From positions 1 to 63,244 of the forward strand of contig CABZMK010000005.1 in assembly GCA_902526865.1 (NCBI GenBank): a DNA stretch of 63,244 nt, given 5' to 3'. The DNA comes from an uncultured Alphaproteobacteria bacterium (GTDB taxonomy: Bacteria; Pseudomonadota; Alphaproteobacteria; Methylaequorales; Methylaequoraceae). This document shows, one piece after another, positions 19,052 to 30,483 of this stretch. Under the pieces are notes generated by a model. That model was not told the DNA's origin. It ran no database searches and was given only the letters and a program-made list of their open reading frames with translations. A program made the translations under genes and the position numbers. The stretch's first letter is position 1. Every line of letters starts with the position of its first letter.

Positions 19052-20965
19052 TTAAGCAATTCTGCAAGAAATTTTTATTTTTTTTATGAAGTCTTCAACA
19101 CTTAACAAATCCTGATTTTTAGTTCCCAAAGTTCTAAGAACGACTTGCTTATTCTTAACTTCCTTGTCTCCGATGATACCAATAAAGTTTATTTTTTGGT
19201 TTGAGAGCTCTCTTATTTTATAATTCAATTTCTCGTTTCTAATGTCTGTGATACACTTTATATTTATTTTTTTTAAATCATTTGCTAATTCTTCTGCGTA
19301 ATTTATACAATCTGAATTAATTGTTGCTAGGGCAACTTGAATTGGACTTAACCATGCTGGGAGTCTTCCTGAGTAATTTTCAATCAAAATACCAATAAAT
19401 CTCTCAAATGAACCAAGGATTGCTCTATGTAACATCACAGGCCTATATTTTTTTCCATCTTCACCAATGTAAGAGGCATCCAATCTTTCTGGTAAGACAA
19501 AATCAACCTGAAGAGTTCCACACTGCCAATCTCTTCCAATTGCATCTCTCAAAACAAACTCGAGTTTTGGACCATAAAAAGCCCCTTCCCCTGGATTGAG
19601 TTCATAGTTATAGCCAGCCATTTTAACTGCATTTGTTAGGGATGTCTCAGCTCGATCCCAAACTTTATCGCTGCCTGCTCTATTAACCGGACGATCAGAA
19701 AACTTTATAACTACATCTTTAAAACCAAAATCTTCATACACTTCCATTAGTAGCTTACAAAATTCTGACGTCTCGGAAATTATTTGTTCCTCAGTACAGA
19801 AAATATGAGCATCATCTTGAACAAATGATCTTAATCTCATTAAACCATGTAATGCACCTGACGGTTCGTTTCTATGACAACAACCAAATTCAGACATTCT
19901 TAAAGGTAGCTGCTTATAACTTTTAATACCTTGTCTGAATATTTGAACATGACAAGGACAGTTCATTGGCTTGATTGCTAAAGTCTTATCTTCAGATTCA
20001 GACGTGAACATTTGTTCTCTAAATTTGTCCCAATGGCCTGAGTCTTTCCATAAAGAACTTTCAACAAGCTGTGGGGTATTCACTTCTTTATATCCTGCTT
20101 TTTCAAGTTTTTTTCTAATATAAATCATTATATTTTGGTATATTGTCCAACCTTTAGGATGCCAAAAAACTGATCCCGCTGCTTGCTCTTGAAAATGAAA
20201 TAAGCCTAGCTCTTTTCCAAGTTTTCTGTGGTCTCTTTTTTCAGCTTCCTCTATTTGGTTTAAATAATTTGCGAGATCTTTTTCATTTGTCCATGCAGTA
20301 CCATAAATTCTTTGAAGCATTTCGTTTTTCGAGTCTCCTTTCCAGTAAGCACCAGAGAGCTTTGTCAGTTTAAACGGACCAATAAACTTTAAACTTGGAA
20401 GATGTGGTCCTCTGCACAAATCAAAAAAATTCGAATCTTTCTGTTCATAAATTTGGAAATCTTTTTCTTGCTCTGACTCATTAATAATTTTTACCTTATA
20501 AATTTCTTGTTTCGAGTCAAAAAGCTCTTTTACTTGCTTTTTGTCTTTATAGGATTTTTCAATTTGACTACCTGTTTTTAAGATATTATTCATTTCTTTT
20601 TCAATTGCAGGAAAATCGTCAATAGAAATTGGTTTTTCAAATAAAACATCGTAATAAAACCCATTTTCAATTGTTGGACCAATTGCTAATTTGGCTTTTG
20701 GGTATATTGTTTTAATTGCTTTAGCAAGAACTTGTGCAGTCAAAGTATGCCTCATAATCTCAAGACCTTCATCTGAATCTTTAGTAATGATATTTATTTC
20801 GGCATCCTCAGTTATAATATCGCATAAATCTTTTTGTTTTCCGTTAACAGAAATTGCTACTGCTTTCTTTAGTAAAGATTTGGAAATGCTCTCTGCTATA
20901 ACAAATCCATTGATTTCTTTTTCAAAACTCTGCGTTCTTCCGTCTGGAAATAAAATTTTTGGCAT
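19052..20965 (-). CDS. thrS: Threonine-tRNA ligase
   Basis: TGS domain, [20 protein letters not shown] and [13 protein letters not shown]. Confidence 0.98.
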   Translation of the reverse strand: MPKILFPDGRTQSFEKEINGFVIAESISKSLLKKAVAISVNGKQKDLCDIITEDAEINIITKDSDEGLEIMRHTLTAQVLAKAIKTIYPKAKLAIGPTIENGFYYDVLFEKPISIDDFPAIEKEMNNILKTGSQIEKSYKDKKQVKELFDSKQEIYKVKIINESEQEKDFQIYEQKDSNFFDLCRGPHLPSLKFIGPFKLTKLSGAYWKGDSKNEMLQRIYGTAWTNEKDLANYLNQIEEAEKRDHRKLGKELGLFHFQEQAAGSVFWHPKGWTIYQNIMIYIRKKLEKAGYKEVNTPQLVESSLWKDSGHWDKFREQMFTSESEDKTLAIKPMNCPCHVQIFRQGIKSYKQLPLRMSEFGCCHRNEPSGALHGLMRLRSFVQDDAHIFCTEEQIISETSEFCKLLMEVYEDFGFKDVVIKFSDRPVNRAGSDKVWDRAETSLTNAVKMAGYNYELNPGEGAFYGPKLEFVLRDAIGRDWQCGTLQVDFVLPERLDASYIGEDGKKYRPVMLHRAILGSFERFIGILIENYSGRLPAWLSPIQVALATINSDCINYAEELANDLKKINIKCITDIRNEKLNYKIRELSNQKINFIGIIGDKEVKNKQVVLRTLGTKNQDLLSVEDFIKKIKISCRIA

Positions 20966-21000
20966 ATACTATTCTTATTTTGTTTAATTTTAATTTTTGA

Positions 21001-21939
21001 TCATAAACGTAAATTACTTTTTATATTGAAAATAATTTTTTTATAAAATTTATCATCATCATTTAAATAAATAAAGGTTGAGACATTTTTTCCAACAGGT
21101 TTGCAAAGTTGTGGATCGGAAAATTCTGTGAACAATACCATGGTTTTTTTACCTCCCCTTGATATCAAGTGCATTGGGCCTGTGTCATTTCCAATAGATA
21201 GTGATGATTTTAAAGATAATTTTCCGATATCAAAAAAATCGGTTTTGTTACAATAATTTATTACATTGGGATAAGAAGATTCAATAAAGTTACACACTTT
21301 AAAATCGTCTGCAGACCCAACTATCAAAACTTTAAAACCAGATTTTAATAAAAAGTCTGTAATTTTCAAAAAGATTTCTTTTGGTATTCTTTTGTTTATT
21401 CTTTTTTTTGAGCCACCAGGAACAATAATTACAAATTTAGCTTTTGGAACTGTAAATTTTGATTTGAATAACCATTGGGTATCAATTTTTGATTGATAGT
21501 CCACTTCACTCATCTCAATCTGACTTTTTTGTCTTTCTAAAGTATGCATTTTATTTCTGTTCTTATCTAAATGAGGAATTTTTGCGTATTTTCCAATACC
21601 ATTTGTGATAGCATTAGTTTTATAAAAAATCTTTAAATATGATGATGATCTTTTTGAGGTTTGAAGGTCATACACAAAATCAAACTCATTAGGATCAATT
21701 ACATTTTTTATTTTTAATAAATCTAAGAAATAAAAAAAACTTCTTTTAATTGTGAAAATTTTTTCAAACCAATTCGAACTTACAAGCAACTTGTTGTAAG
21801 GTTCTTCTGTTAAAAGAATCAATTTGCTCTTATTATGATGATTAAATATTGAATAGATTGCGTTTAACGAAAGGATAACATCGCCAAGTCCACCAAACTT
21901 AATGATTAAAATTTTTTTTTGTAGAGAGCAAATCTTCAT
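21001..21939 (-). CDS. Glycosyltransferase family 9 (heptosyltransferase-like)
   Basis: ILIIKFGGLGDVIL and IGNDTGPMHL. Confidence 0.88.
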   Translation of the reverse strand: MKICSLQKKILIIKFGGLGDVILSLNAIYSIFNHHNKSKLILLTEEPYNKLLVSSNWFEKIFTIKRSFFYFLDLLKIKNVIDPNEFDFVYDLQTSKRSSSYLKIFYKTNAITNGIGKYAKIPHLDKNRNKMHTLERQKSQIEMSEVDYQSKIDTQWLFKSKFTVPKAKFVIIVPGGSKKRINKRIPKEIFLKITDFLLKSGFKVLIVGSADDFKVCNFIESSYPNVINYCNKTDFFDIGKLSLKSSLSIGNDTGPMHLISRGGKKTMVLFTEFSDPQLCKPVGKNVSTFIYLNDDDKFYKKIIFNIKSNLRL

Positions 21940-23065
21940 AAACTGCTAAAGTTTTTTTTAACATATCATTCAAACTAAATTTTTCTTTAACTCTTCTTCT
22001 TGCAGAAAGTCCAATCGAATCTTTTTTCGCTTGCGAAAGATTAAGAACGTCCAAAATTTTCTCGGCAAGTTGTTCTGGGTTTGATGGTTCCACCAACCAA
22101 CCAGTTATACTATTTTCAATAATTTCTCTAGACCCTCCGTGATTTGATGAAATAATAGGTTTAGTCATAGAAGAAGCTTCAGCGCTTATCCTCCCGAAGG
22201 CCTCTGGTTCTGTAGAAGTAGATAATACAATATCAGCAATTGAATAAACAGCAGGCATATCACCTAAATTTCCACAAAAAATAAATTTGTTTTCTAAATC
22301 ATTTTTTTGTATTTTTTTTTTCAAAATTTTTGAAAATTTCTTTTTGCCATCTTCACTTCCTACAAATAAAATTACAAAGTTTAACTCTGGTTCTCTCTGT
22401 TTTATAAATTTAGCAGCATCTAAGGCAACTAAGTGACCTTTCCAAGAAGTAATTCTTGCAGGAAGTAAAATTACATGAACATTTTCTGATAAAGTAAGTT
22501 TTGATAGTAAATTTTCTTTTCTTAGTTCAGTCACAGCATTTAAGTCAAAATATTGTGTATCGATACCCCTATTGATTTGAATAAGTTTCGATTTAGTCGA
22601 TGGAAAGTTGAACCTAACATGATCATCTATAAATTTTGATATTGTTATTACTTTATCTCCTTCTGTCATAACACTATTATATTTTTTTTTTGGATAAAAA
22701 TTAGTTCCGGAATATGTTCCATGATATGTTGTAACGAGAGGAATTCTATGTTGCTTAACAATTTTATTAAAACAAAATGCGGGCCAACGGCTTCTGATAT
22801 GAACAATATCAGGTTTAACTTCGTTTAATATTTTTCTCATTTTATTTTTTAATATGAAGTAACTAAATACTCCTTTTTTTTTAATATTAAGTTTGTGATG
22901 TTCTACTCCTCTATATTTATACTTTTCGGCCATTTCTCCACCAGAAGAGAGCAAAGACGATTGAAACCCAACTTTTATTAATTCTTTTGCAATGTCAAGT
23001 GTTCCTCTTTCAACTCCCCCATTTATTTGGTCAAGAGAGGGGATTATTTGCAGTATTTTTGCCAT
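21899..23065 (-). CDS. Glycosyltransferase family 4
   Basis: GGVERGT, HIRSRWPA, ARITSWKGH and EPEAFGRISAEA. Confidence 0.9.
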   Translation of the reverse strand: MAKILQIIPSLDQINGGVERGTLDIAKELIKVGFQSSLLSSGGEMAEKYKYRGVEHHKLNIKKKGVFSYFILKNKMRKILNEVKPDIVHIRSRWPAFCFNKIVKQHRIPLVTTYHGTYSGTNFYPKKKYNSVMTEGDKVITISKFIDDHVRFNFPSTKSKLIQINRGIDTQYFDLNAVTELRKENLLSKLTLSENVHVILLPARITSWKGHLVALDAAKFIKQREPELNFVILFVGSEDGKKKFSKILKKKIQKNDLENKFIFCGNLGDMPAVYSIADIVLSTSTEPEAFGRISAEASSMTKPIISSNHGGSREIIENSITGWLVEPSNPEQLAEKILDVLNLSQAKKDSIGLSARRRVKEKFSLNDMLKKTLAVYEDLLSTKKNFNH

Positions 23066-23924
23066 TTATGATATTTAAAATTTGTTTTAAACCTAACTTA
23101 TAGTTTTCAAATTTGGGTGTCCAACCTAATATTTTTTTTATTTTCTTATTGGATACTCTTTTGTTGTCTCTATAAAAATCTTTTGTAATTTTATTAATTC
23201 TAGGTGAGTTAATGTCTATGAAGGTCAAGTTTTTAATTTTTAGTAATTTTGCAGCATAAATTGTTACTTCCTCAGACGAGCAAGGATTATTATCTGTAAC
23301 ATTAAAAATTTCTCCTGGTGTCGGATTTTTCATACTTTTAATTATTGCAGAGGAAATATCTTCTACATAAATTCTTGAGAAAAATTGATTGGGTTTTTTT
23401 ATTACGAAATTTTTGCCATTTATTAGTTTTTCAATTATAGATCTCCCAGGTCCATATATTCCTGGTAATCTAAAAATATGGATTGGAATATTTCTTTCTC
23501 TAAATAATTTAAAGTAAGAATCTTCTACGTTTTTTCTTATTATTCCTCTCATAGTTTTTGGGTTCACTTTTGTGTATTCATCCACCCATTTGCCTAGATG
23601 ATCTCCATATACACTTGTTGAAGACAAATATCCCAGCCACTTTAATTCTTTAAAATTTGTATTTTTTGTTTTTTTAAATAAATCGAATACCATGTCTCTC
23701 TCTTTAATAGGTGGAATAGAATTCAACAAATGAGTCACTCCAGAAAAAAGAGAATTATGGTTTTTAGAGAATTCTGAAAAAGTCATTCTTTTTATTTTTA
23801 ATTTTTTATCAAAAGGTTGAGAAGTTAATTCTAAATTATGTGTGCAAATTATTTCATCAAAGCCTTCCAGACTCTCTAGAATGAACTTTGAACAAAAACC
23901 TGCCCCAAAAAAAATTAATTTCAT
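23031..23924 (-). CDS. NAD-dependent epimerase/atypical SDR family oxidoreductase
   Basis: FFGAGFC, YLSSTSVYGD and FRLPGIYGPGRS. Confidence 0.88.
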   Translation of the reverse strand: MKLIFFGAGFCSKFILESLEGFDEIICTHNLELTSQPFDKKLKIKRMTFSEFSKNHNSLFSGVTHLLNSIPPIKERDMVFDLFKKTKNTNFKELKWLGYLSSTSVYGDHLGKWVDEYTKVNPKTMRGIIRKNVEDSYFKLFRERNIPIHIFRLPGIYGPGRSIIEKLINGKNFVIKKPNQFFSRIYVEDISSAIIKSMKNPTPGEIFNVTDNNPCSSEEVTIYAAKLLKIKNLTFIDINSPRINKITKDFYRDNKRVSNKKIKKILGWTPKFENYKLGLKQILNIINGKNTANNPLS

Positions 23925-23925
23925 T

Positions 23926-24819
23926 TTAAATTGTTAGAATCTGACTCTTTATCCAATCGAAAGTTGGATGATTTGTAAGTTCTTTGTGCCAAACCATTTT
24001 TGTCTTTCTTTTTTCAAGATCAATAGGGAGTTCAGTAATAACGAAATCATAATTTTTCGCCATTCTTTGAGCTGTTCTTGATGGGAGAGTTAAAATCAAA
24101 TCTGTCTTCTTAATTATAACAGGTGCAAGTGTTATAAGATCTATTCTCACAGATATCTCTCTTTCAAAATTTAGTTGACTCAATTCTCTATCTATGGGGT
24201 GAGTTGGAGCATCCATTGGAGCAACTCTGAGATGCTTTGAAGAAAGATACTGATCTATGGATAACTTTTTCTCTAGTGCCAAAGGATGAGACTTTCTTAA
24301 AATACAAACGTATTGTTCCGTAAATAGATCTGAAGAACCAAATCTATTACTTATTGTTTCAAAACGACCTACTGCAAAATCAATTTCATTATTGTCCAGA
24401 AGCTTAAGGGCCTCGTTTCCTTGTTCTGATCTAACACACAAAGATGAAGAGGGAGAGTTTTTTTCAATAAAATTTACCAAATTAGGAAGTATAATTGGAG
24501 CAACGTCGTCAGACATGGAAATTCGAAAAAGTTTTTTAGTTGTCTTTGGATTAAAGTTTATTGATGATAAGGAAATCTCTAGGTTATTTAATGCAGTTTG
24601 TATTGGAAGAGAAAGGTCATTAGCTCTCGGAGTGGGTCTCATTCCTCTTGGTCCTCTTATAAAAAGATCATCTTTCACAAGATATCTTAATCTATTTAAT
24701 GCGTTACTCATAGCAGGCTGAGTTATTCCCATTTTTTTACTAGCTCTAGTAACGTTTTTCTCTTCAAAAAGTGTTTTAAAAACTAAAAGTAAGTTAAGGT
24801 CAAAATTTTTTATATTCAT
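23926..24819 (-). CDS. LysR family transcriptional regulator (NodD/LeuO-like)
   Basis: DLNLLLVF...NVTRAS...TQPAMSNALNRLR...DDLFIR...MRPTPRA. Confidence 0.93.
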   Translation of the reverse strand: MNIKNFDLNLLLVFKTLFEEKNVTRASKKMGITQPAMSNALNRLRYLVKDDLFIRGPRGMRPTPRANDLSLPIQTALNNLEISLSSINFNPKTTKKLFRISMSDDVAPIILPNLVNFIEKNSPSSSLCVRSEQGNEALKLLDNNEIDFAVGRFETISNRFGSSDLFTEQYVCILRKSHPLALEKKLSIDQYLSSKHLRVAPMDAPTHPIDRELSQLNFEREISVRIDLITLAPVIIKKTDLILTLPSRTAQRMAKNYDFVITELPIDLEKRKTKMVWHKELTNHPTFDWIKSQILTI

Positions 24820-24910
24820 AACGTGAATTTTTATTTATTAATATATTTTTATAATAAATCATTTTAATTTTATATTATAGTATTATTATTTATTTAAGAG
24901 GTGTAAAAGT

Positions 24911-25720
24911 TTGCTTGCTCTTGTCTTATTTTGTCTGATTCAGGGATTTACAGAATTTCTTCCAATTAGTTCTCAAGGACATTTGATAATTTTTAATTCA
25001 ATTTATCCTATCGATAATTACGCAGGCATTACTATTCACGAAGCCACAATAATTGCACATTTTGGTTCACTTTTAGCCATTATAACTTTTTATCGAAGAG
25101 CTCTCCTAGGTTTTTTGTTTTCAATTAAAATGATTGATAGACCAGATATTGATAAAAACTCTTTTATTTTAATAAATCTAGTCATTTCAACGATTCCAAT
25201 TATAGTGGCTGGGTATGTAATTTTTAAAATATTGGATTATGACTGGGACGGACTTTTACTCATAATTGCAATATCAAGTATTTTTTTTGGAATAATGTTG
25301 TTCTTAGCAGACAAATTTTGTTTGAGAATTAAAAATCAAAATTCACTTAATTATTTGATGTCATTTCTTATTGGCGTCTTTCAGTGTCTTGCGCTTATAC
25401 CAGGGGTTAGTAGATCTGGTGCAATTTTAACCGTAATGAGATTCTTTGGGTTCCAAAGGCAATTTTCGGTAGAATACTCAAATCTTTTAAGTATTCCTGT
25501 AATTATAGGAGCAATGATCTTTATGATTGTTAATTCCTCACTCGATAGCTCTTTTAGTTCATTGATAAATTATTACACTTCAATAATTTTTTTTCTAAGT
25601 TTTTTCTTTTCAATAATATTTGTATATTTTTTAGTAATGTGGGTAAAAAGATTCTCTCTATTTATTTTTGTTGTATATAGAGTAAGTTTTGGCTTGTGGA
25701 TTTTACTGGCCTTAAATTGA
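24911..25720 (+). CDS. uppP: Undecaprenyl-diphosphate phosphatase
   Basis: QGFTEFLPISSQGHL, HFGS and ALIPGVSRSG. Confidence 0.93.
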   Translation: MLALVLFCLIQGFTEFLPISSQGHLIIFNSIYPIDNYAGITIHEATIIAHFGSLLAIITFYRRALLGFLFSIKMIDRPDIDKNSFILINLVISTIPIIVAGYVIFKILDYDWDGLLLIIAISSIFFGIMLFLADKFCLRIKNQNSLNYLMSFLIGVFQCLALIPGVSRSGAILTVMRFFGFQRQFSVEYSNLLSIPVIIGAMIFMIVNSSLDSSFSSLINYYTSIIFFLSFFFSIIFVYFLVMWVKRFSLFIFVVYRVSFGLWILLALN

Positions 25721-25724
25721 ATTT

Positions 25725-26678
25725 TTACAAATAAGTTTCTGCTATTGTCTTCAATGAAGAAGGGTTCTTAACAAATTGCTTTAAATTTTCGAATCCTTTT
25801 GAAGAAACGTTATCATACTCTAACAACCTTACTTGATCGCGCGTAAGTAAAGGTTTTGGCATTATTTCCGTAAACAAAGCCAAGATTCTTGCCAAAAAAA
25901 AAGGAACAGGCAAATAAATTCTTTTTCTTTTTTTACAATGAAGAATTATATCAAAAATTTCATCAAAAGATTGGACTGTTGGACCTGAAAGGTCAAAAAT
26001 TTTTTTCTTCAACAGGCAGGTATTAATCATAAAAGAAACGAGATCCCCAACATAAATAGGTTGAAATCTTACTTTTTTTGTAAAGTTCAATATGGGAATT
26101 AAACCTTTTTTTTTTATTTCGGGTGTACCAATAATAGGCAAGAAAGGACTAAAATTAGACATGCTTAAAAAGAAATTTGTGAAACTGTCTCTCTTTCCAA
26201 AAACCACGCTTGGTCTATGTATAACACAATTTGGAAATTTTTCTTTAACAACCTCCTCACCTAAAAGTTTTGAATTTGAATACAAAGATGAAATTGATTT
26301 TTCAATATTCAAAGCAGAAAGATGAATGAAATTTCTTACACCATTTCTTTTGGCAGCACTAGCTATCTGTCTAGGAATATTGACATGCACTTCAGAAAAA
26401 GTTTTTTTCTTTTTTTCATAGAGAATTCCTATTAAGTTAAAAACTAAATCAGCATTTTTGACTAAATAATCTAGTTGATTCTCAGAAAATTTATCTATTT
26501 TTTTTACACTTACTTGCCCGGGTTCACTGCCTAAAAAAAAATCAAGTTTTTTATTGTCACTTCTAGTTACAATATCAACTTGACATGAATTCTTGCATAA
26601 AAGATTTACCAAATGAGAGCCGATGAATCCTCTTCCGCCGAAGACAACTACTTTTTTTCCACTTATTTTTTCATTCAT
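25725..26678 (-). CDS. Complex I NDUFA9-like NAD-dependent epimerase family protein
   Basis: VFGGRGFIGSHLV, FNLIGIL, RPSVVFG and FQPIYVGD. Confidence 0.85.
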   Translation of the reverse strand: MNEKISGKKVVVFGGRGFIGSHLVNLLCKNSCQVDIVTRSDNKKLDFFLGSEPGQVSVKKIDKFSENQLDYLVKNADLVFNLIGILYEKKKKTFSEVHVNIPRQIASAAKRNGVRNFIHLSALNIEKSISSLYSNSKLLGEEVVKEKFPNCVIHRPSVVFGKRDSFTNFFLSMSNFSPFLPIIGTPEIKKKGLIPILNFTKKVRFQPIYVGDLVSFMINTCLLKKKIFDLSGPTVQSFDEIFDIILHCKKRKRIYLPVPFFLARILALFTEIMPKPLLTRDQVRLLEYDNVSSKGFENLKQFVKNPSSLKTIAETYL

Positions 26679-26741
26679 ATTTTTTTTTACTGTTTATCTT
26701 ATAACTTTGGTATTAATATCATAATTAAAAAATATCAAAAA

Positions 26742-27389
26742 ATGAAAACTTTTAAATTCGGCGAATCAAAAATTTTCTTGCACCAGGACGACCTTCCAGC
26801 AAAAATCAAAACTCCAAAGATTGTAGCAATTGATACCGAAACAACAGGCTTAAGTTTAATAAGAGACAGACTTTGCCTTATACAGTTTGCTTTCTCCAAA
26901 GAAGAATGTCATTTAGTACAATTTAGCAAAAAAAATTCAAAATTTAGTAATAAAAACTTAACAGTGCTTAAAATATTAAATGACAATAAGATTCAAAAAA
27001 TATTTCACTACGCAAGGTTTGACGTTGCAATTTTAAGAAAAACCTTTGAAGCTAACATTGAAAATATATTCTGCACAAAATTAGCGTCAAAACTCGTAAG
27101 AACCTACACAGACAAACATGGACTAAAAGAATTATGCAAAGAACTTTTGGCTGTCGATTTAAATAAATCCCAGCAATCATCAGACTGGTCCTCAGAAAAC
27201 TTATCTGAAAATCAAATAAGATATGCTTCTTATGATGTAATTCATCTATTTGAATTAAAAGAAAGACTTGAGAAAATGCTTGAAAGAGAAAAAAGGCTAG
27301 ATATTGCAAAATCATTATTTTCTTTCCTGCCAACAAGAATAAAACTTGATCTATTAGATTTCACTGATACGGACATTTTTTCACACTGA
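26742..27389 (+). CDS. rnd: Ribonuclease D / 3'-5' exonuclease
   Basis: AIDTETTGL...RDRLCLIQ, FHYARFDV, TDKHGLK and QQSSDWS; start at ATG 26742. Confidence 0.9.
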   Translation: MKTFKFGESKIFLHQDDLPAKIKTPKIVAIDTETTGLSLIRDRLCLIQFAFSKEECHLVQFSKKNSKFSNKNLTVLKILNDNKIQKIFHYARFDVAILRKTFEANIENIFCTKLASKLVRTYTDKHGLKELCKELLAVDLNKSQQSSDWSSENLSENQIRYASYDVIHLFELKERLEKMLEREKRLDIAKSLFSFLPTRIKLDLLDFTDTDIFSH

Positions 27390-27398
27390 AAGAAAGAA

Positions 27399-28334
27399 AT
27401 GGAAATTAAAACAGGAAGACAAGTTATAGATATTGAAATTAAAGCACTAAATTTGCTCAAAAATTACATTTCAAAGGATTTTGTAAAAGTTGTAAATTTA
27501 CTATTAAAAAATAAAGGAAAAATAATTGTCTCAGGTATTGGAAAAAGTGGTCATATTGCTTCAAAAATTGCATCTACACTCTCTTCAGTGGGCTCACCTT
27601 CTTTTTATATACATCCATCAGAAGCAAATCACGGAGATCTAGGTATGCTAGAAAAGAAAGATGTAGTAATTTTAATTTCAAACTCAGGAGAAACCTCAGA
27701 ATTAATTAATTTGATTTTATACTGCAAGAAATTAGGTATTTCAATAATATCAATAACAAGTGAGCCAAACAGCACTCTTTCAAGAGAGTCAAACCTCAAT
27801 CTTTTAATACCCAAAAATATTGAGGCTTGTCCACTTGAATTGGCACCAACTAGTTCTACAACATGTACCCTAGCCTTAGGCGATGCCCTTGCTGTAACAT
27901 TATTGAAAAAAAAAAAATTCACAGAAAGTGATTTCAGGGAACTCCATCCAGGAGGAAAGTTGGGACAAATGTTATCTGAAGTAAAGGATGTAATGAAAAT
28001 TAATCTTGATATCCCATTGATAGTTGAATCAAAAAAAATGAGTTATGCTATCTTAGAAATGACTTCAAAAGGTGAGGGTTGCGTAGGAGTTGTATCAAAA
28101 AAAAATGAATTGATCGGAATCATAACTGACGGAGATATTAGGAGAAATATGAATCCCGAGTTACTTGATAAGAATGTTAAAGAAATAATGACGACAAAAC
28201 CTAAGACTTTATCACCCAATACTCTTATTTCAAAGGCATTAAAAATTATGAACGAAGAATCAATTACAAATATTTTTATTACTAAACAAAAAAAACCTAT
28301 TGGTATTATTCATATGCATGACATATTAAAATAA
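27399..28334 (+). CDS. kdsD: Arabinose-5-phosphate isomerase (KpsF/GutQ; SIS plus CBS domains)
   Basis: GIGKSGHI, HPSEANHGDLG, HPGGKLG and GIITDGDIRR. Confidence 0.93.
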   Translation: MEIKTGRQVIDIEIKALNLLKNYISKDFVKVVNLLLKNKGKIIVSGIGKSGHIASKIASTLSSVGSPSFYIHPSEANHGDLGMLEKKDVVILISNSGETSELINLILYCKKLGISIISITSEPNSTLSRESNLNLLIPKNIEACPLELAPTSSTTCTLALGDALAVTLLKKKKFTESDFRELHPGGKLGQMLSEVKDVMKINLDIPLIVESKKMSYAILEMTSKGEGCVGVVSKKNELIGIITDGDIRRNMNPELLDKNVKEIMTTKPKTLSPNTLISKALKIMNEESITNIFITKQKKPIGIIHMHDILK

Positions 28335-28342
28335 CTAAATTA

Positions 28343-28924
28343 ATGAATTATTCCGTTTTTATAAAAAGCCTTAAATATATTCTTCTCTTTTTCTCAATTT
28401 CGATTTTAATTCTTGTAGTTTATAACAACAATCCTGTTGAAAAAGCATCAGTCTATAATGATTTTTCATACGATGAAAGCGATTTTAAGTCATTTAAGCA
28501 AGTTTTACACAAACCTACATTCATGGGGATAGATAAAAGAAATCAACCTTTCAAAGTAATGGCTAATAGGGCAATAAGATTAAAGCAGGAACCAAATATC
28601 TTTGATCTTGAAAAACCAACTGGAGAGATTAATTCAGGAAAAGAGAAGTTCTTCTTGAGTGGTGATAAAGGAATATTTTATAAAAATGTTGATCAACTTA
28701 AAGTAGAAGGCAATGTAAAATTTAACGACGGAGAAAACATGGTTTTTACAACATCTGAAATGTATTTTGATTTTAAAAAAGAAGTTCTCTCAGGAAATAA
28801 AAGAGTAAATGGGAAAAAAAATAATTCAGTTATTGTTTCTGAGGGATTTAAAATTTTTAATAATGGAAAACAAATATTCTTTACAGGAAAAACAAAGTTA
28901 AAATTAATCAATGAAAAAAATTAG
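28343..28924 (+). CDS. lptC: LPS export periplasmic protein LptC
   Basis: N-terminal TM anchor, beta-rich domain, and position between kdsD and lptA. Confidence 0.82.
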   Translation: MNYSVFIKSLKYILLFFSISILILVVYNNNPVEKASVYNDFSYDESDFKSFKQVLHKPTFMGIDKRNQPFKVMANRAIRLKQEPNIFDLEKPTGEINSGKEKFFLSGDKGIFYKNVDQLKVEGNVKFNDGENMVFTTSEMYFDFKKEVLSGNKRVNGKKNNSVIVSEGFKIFNNGKQIFFTGKTKLKLINEKN

Positions 28925-29744
28925 TAAAAGTTTTTATTTTGCAGTCATTTTAATCTTCTTAAACTTGAAGCATTCTGAGTCACAACAGCTCACTAATTTA
29001 GATAACAATAATCAACCTATTGAAATTTTCGCTGACAATGGAATTGAATGGCACAAGAATAAAAATAAATACGTCGCATTGGGAAATGCTAAAGCTTTGA
29101 GCGGTACATTATCTTTAGAATCTGACAGAATAGAAGCTTTTTACCAAGAAAACGACTCATCCAGTATGAATATTACTGAAGTGAGAGCAAAAAGAAATGT
29201 TGTTGTCCAAGATAAAAAAATGAAAATTACTGGTGGAGAGTACGCAGAGTATAAAATTCTTAAAGATTATTTTCTTATTAATGGAAGGAATATAATTCTT
29301 ACATCAGAAAAGAATACTCTAAAATCAAATAAAAAGTTAGAATACTGGAGAACTAAAAATATCGCTATTGCAACAGGCAAGGCAGAAGCAAAAAAAGACA
29401 ATGAATTTGTAGTTTTGGCGGATAAGTTGGTCTGGTATCTTCAAGAAAAGAATCAAAAAACTACAGTAAAAAAACTTCTAGGATTTAAAAATGTTTCGAT
29501 TAAAACTAATAATGAAGTAGCATTTAGTGATAAAGCTATTTATAATAATGAAACTGAGATTTGTAAATTATATGGGAATGTAAAACTTCAAAGAGGAGAA
29601 AGTTTTTTGATAGGCGAATACGCTGAGGTTGACCTACGAAGTGGGATAAGTAAGTTACTACCAGCCCCAGGAAATAAATTAAATGAAAACAAAGTGAAAG
29701 CTCTTATTAATAAAGGAGGAATTGATCCTGATGAGTCAAATTGA
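28911..29744 (+). CDS. lptA: LptA/OstA family protein
   Basis: Signal peptide, QPIEIFAD, repeated OstA-type beta-jellyroll; lies before lptB. Confidence 0.82.
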   Translation: MKKISKSFYFAVILIFLNLKHSESQQLTNLDNNNQPIEIFADNGIEWHKNKNKYVALGNAKALSGTLSLESDRIEAFYQENDSSSMNITEVRAKRNVVVQDKKMKITGGEYAEYKILKDYFLINGRNIILTSEKNTLKSNKKLEYWRTKNIAIATGKAEAKKDNEFVVLADKLVWYLQEKNQKTTVKKLLGFKNVSIKTNNEVAFSDKAIYNNETEICKLYGNVKLQRGESFLIGEYAEVDLRSGISKLLPAPGNKLNENKVKALINKGGIDPDESN

Positions 29745-30483
29745 TATTCCCTTTATTGCAGTAAACAATAAAGGGTTAGAAGTTAAAAATGTTACAAAAT
29801 CATACGAAAATAAAAGAATTTTGGATAATGTTTCACTCGACCTTAATAGGGGAGAGTCTGTAGCTTTACTGGGTCCAAACGGAGCTGGCAAGACATCATT
29901 ATTTTACATTACTATGGGTCTAATTAAAGCTGATAGTGGATCTATAAATCTTGATAAGAGAGAAATATCAGAATTCCCAATGTATAGGCGTTCAAAATTA
30001 GGATTAGGTTATCTCCCTCAAGAATCTTCAATTTTCAGGGGAATGAATGTAGAAGAAAATATTCTTTCAATATTAGAGAAGACTGAGCAGTCAGCTGAAG
30101 CAAAACAAAGAAAACTTGAAGACTTATTAGCAGAATTTGGAATCGAACATCTCAGATATGCCCCATCTTTATCTTTATCTGGAGGTGAAAGAAGACGACT
30201 TGAAATAGCTAGATGTTTAGCGTCTAACCCTAACTTTATCCTACTGGACGAACCGTTAGCTGGGATTGATCCAATAGCCATACAAGATGTAAAAAAACTA
30301 ATTCAAAATCTGAAAAATAGAAACATTGGTGTTTTGATGACTGACCACAATGTAAAAAGCACCCTAGAAATTGTGGATAGGGCCTACATTATTTTTGAAG
30401 GCAAAGTTCTTTTTAAAGGGAGACCTGATGAAATAATAAAAAATAAAAATGTAAGAACGTTCTATCTGGGTAACGATTTTTGA
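29731..30483 (+). CDS. lptB: LPS export ABC transporter ATPase
   Basis: GPNGAGKT, GYLPQESSIFR, LSGGERRRLEIAR and LLDEPLAGIDP; ATG at 29731. Confidence 0.95.
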   Translation: MSQIDIPFIAVNNKGLEVKNVTKSYENKRILDNVSLDLNRGESVALLGPNGAGKTSLFYITMGLIKADSGSINLDKREISEFPMYRRSKLGLGYLPQESSIFRGMNVEENILSILEKTEQSAEAKQRKLEDLLAEFGIEHLRYAPSLSLSGGERRRLEIARCLASNPNFILLDEPLAGIDPIAIQDVKKLIQNLKNRNIGVLMTDHNVKSTLEIVDRAYIIFEGKVLFKGRPDEIIKNKNVRTFYLGNDF

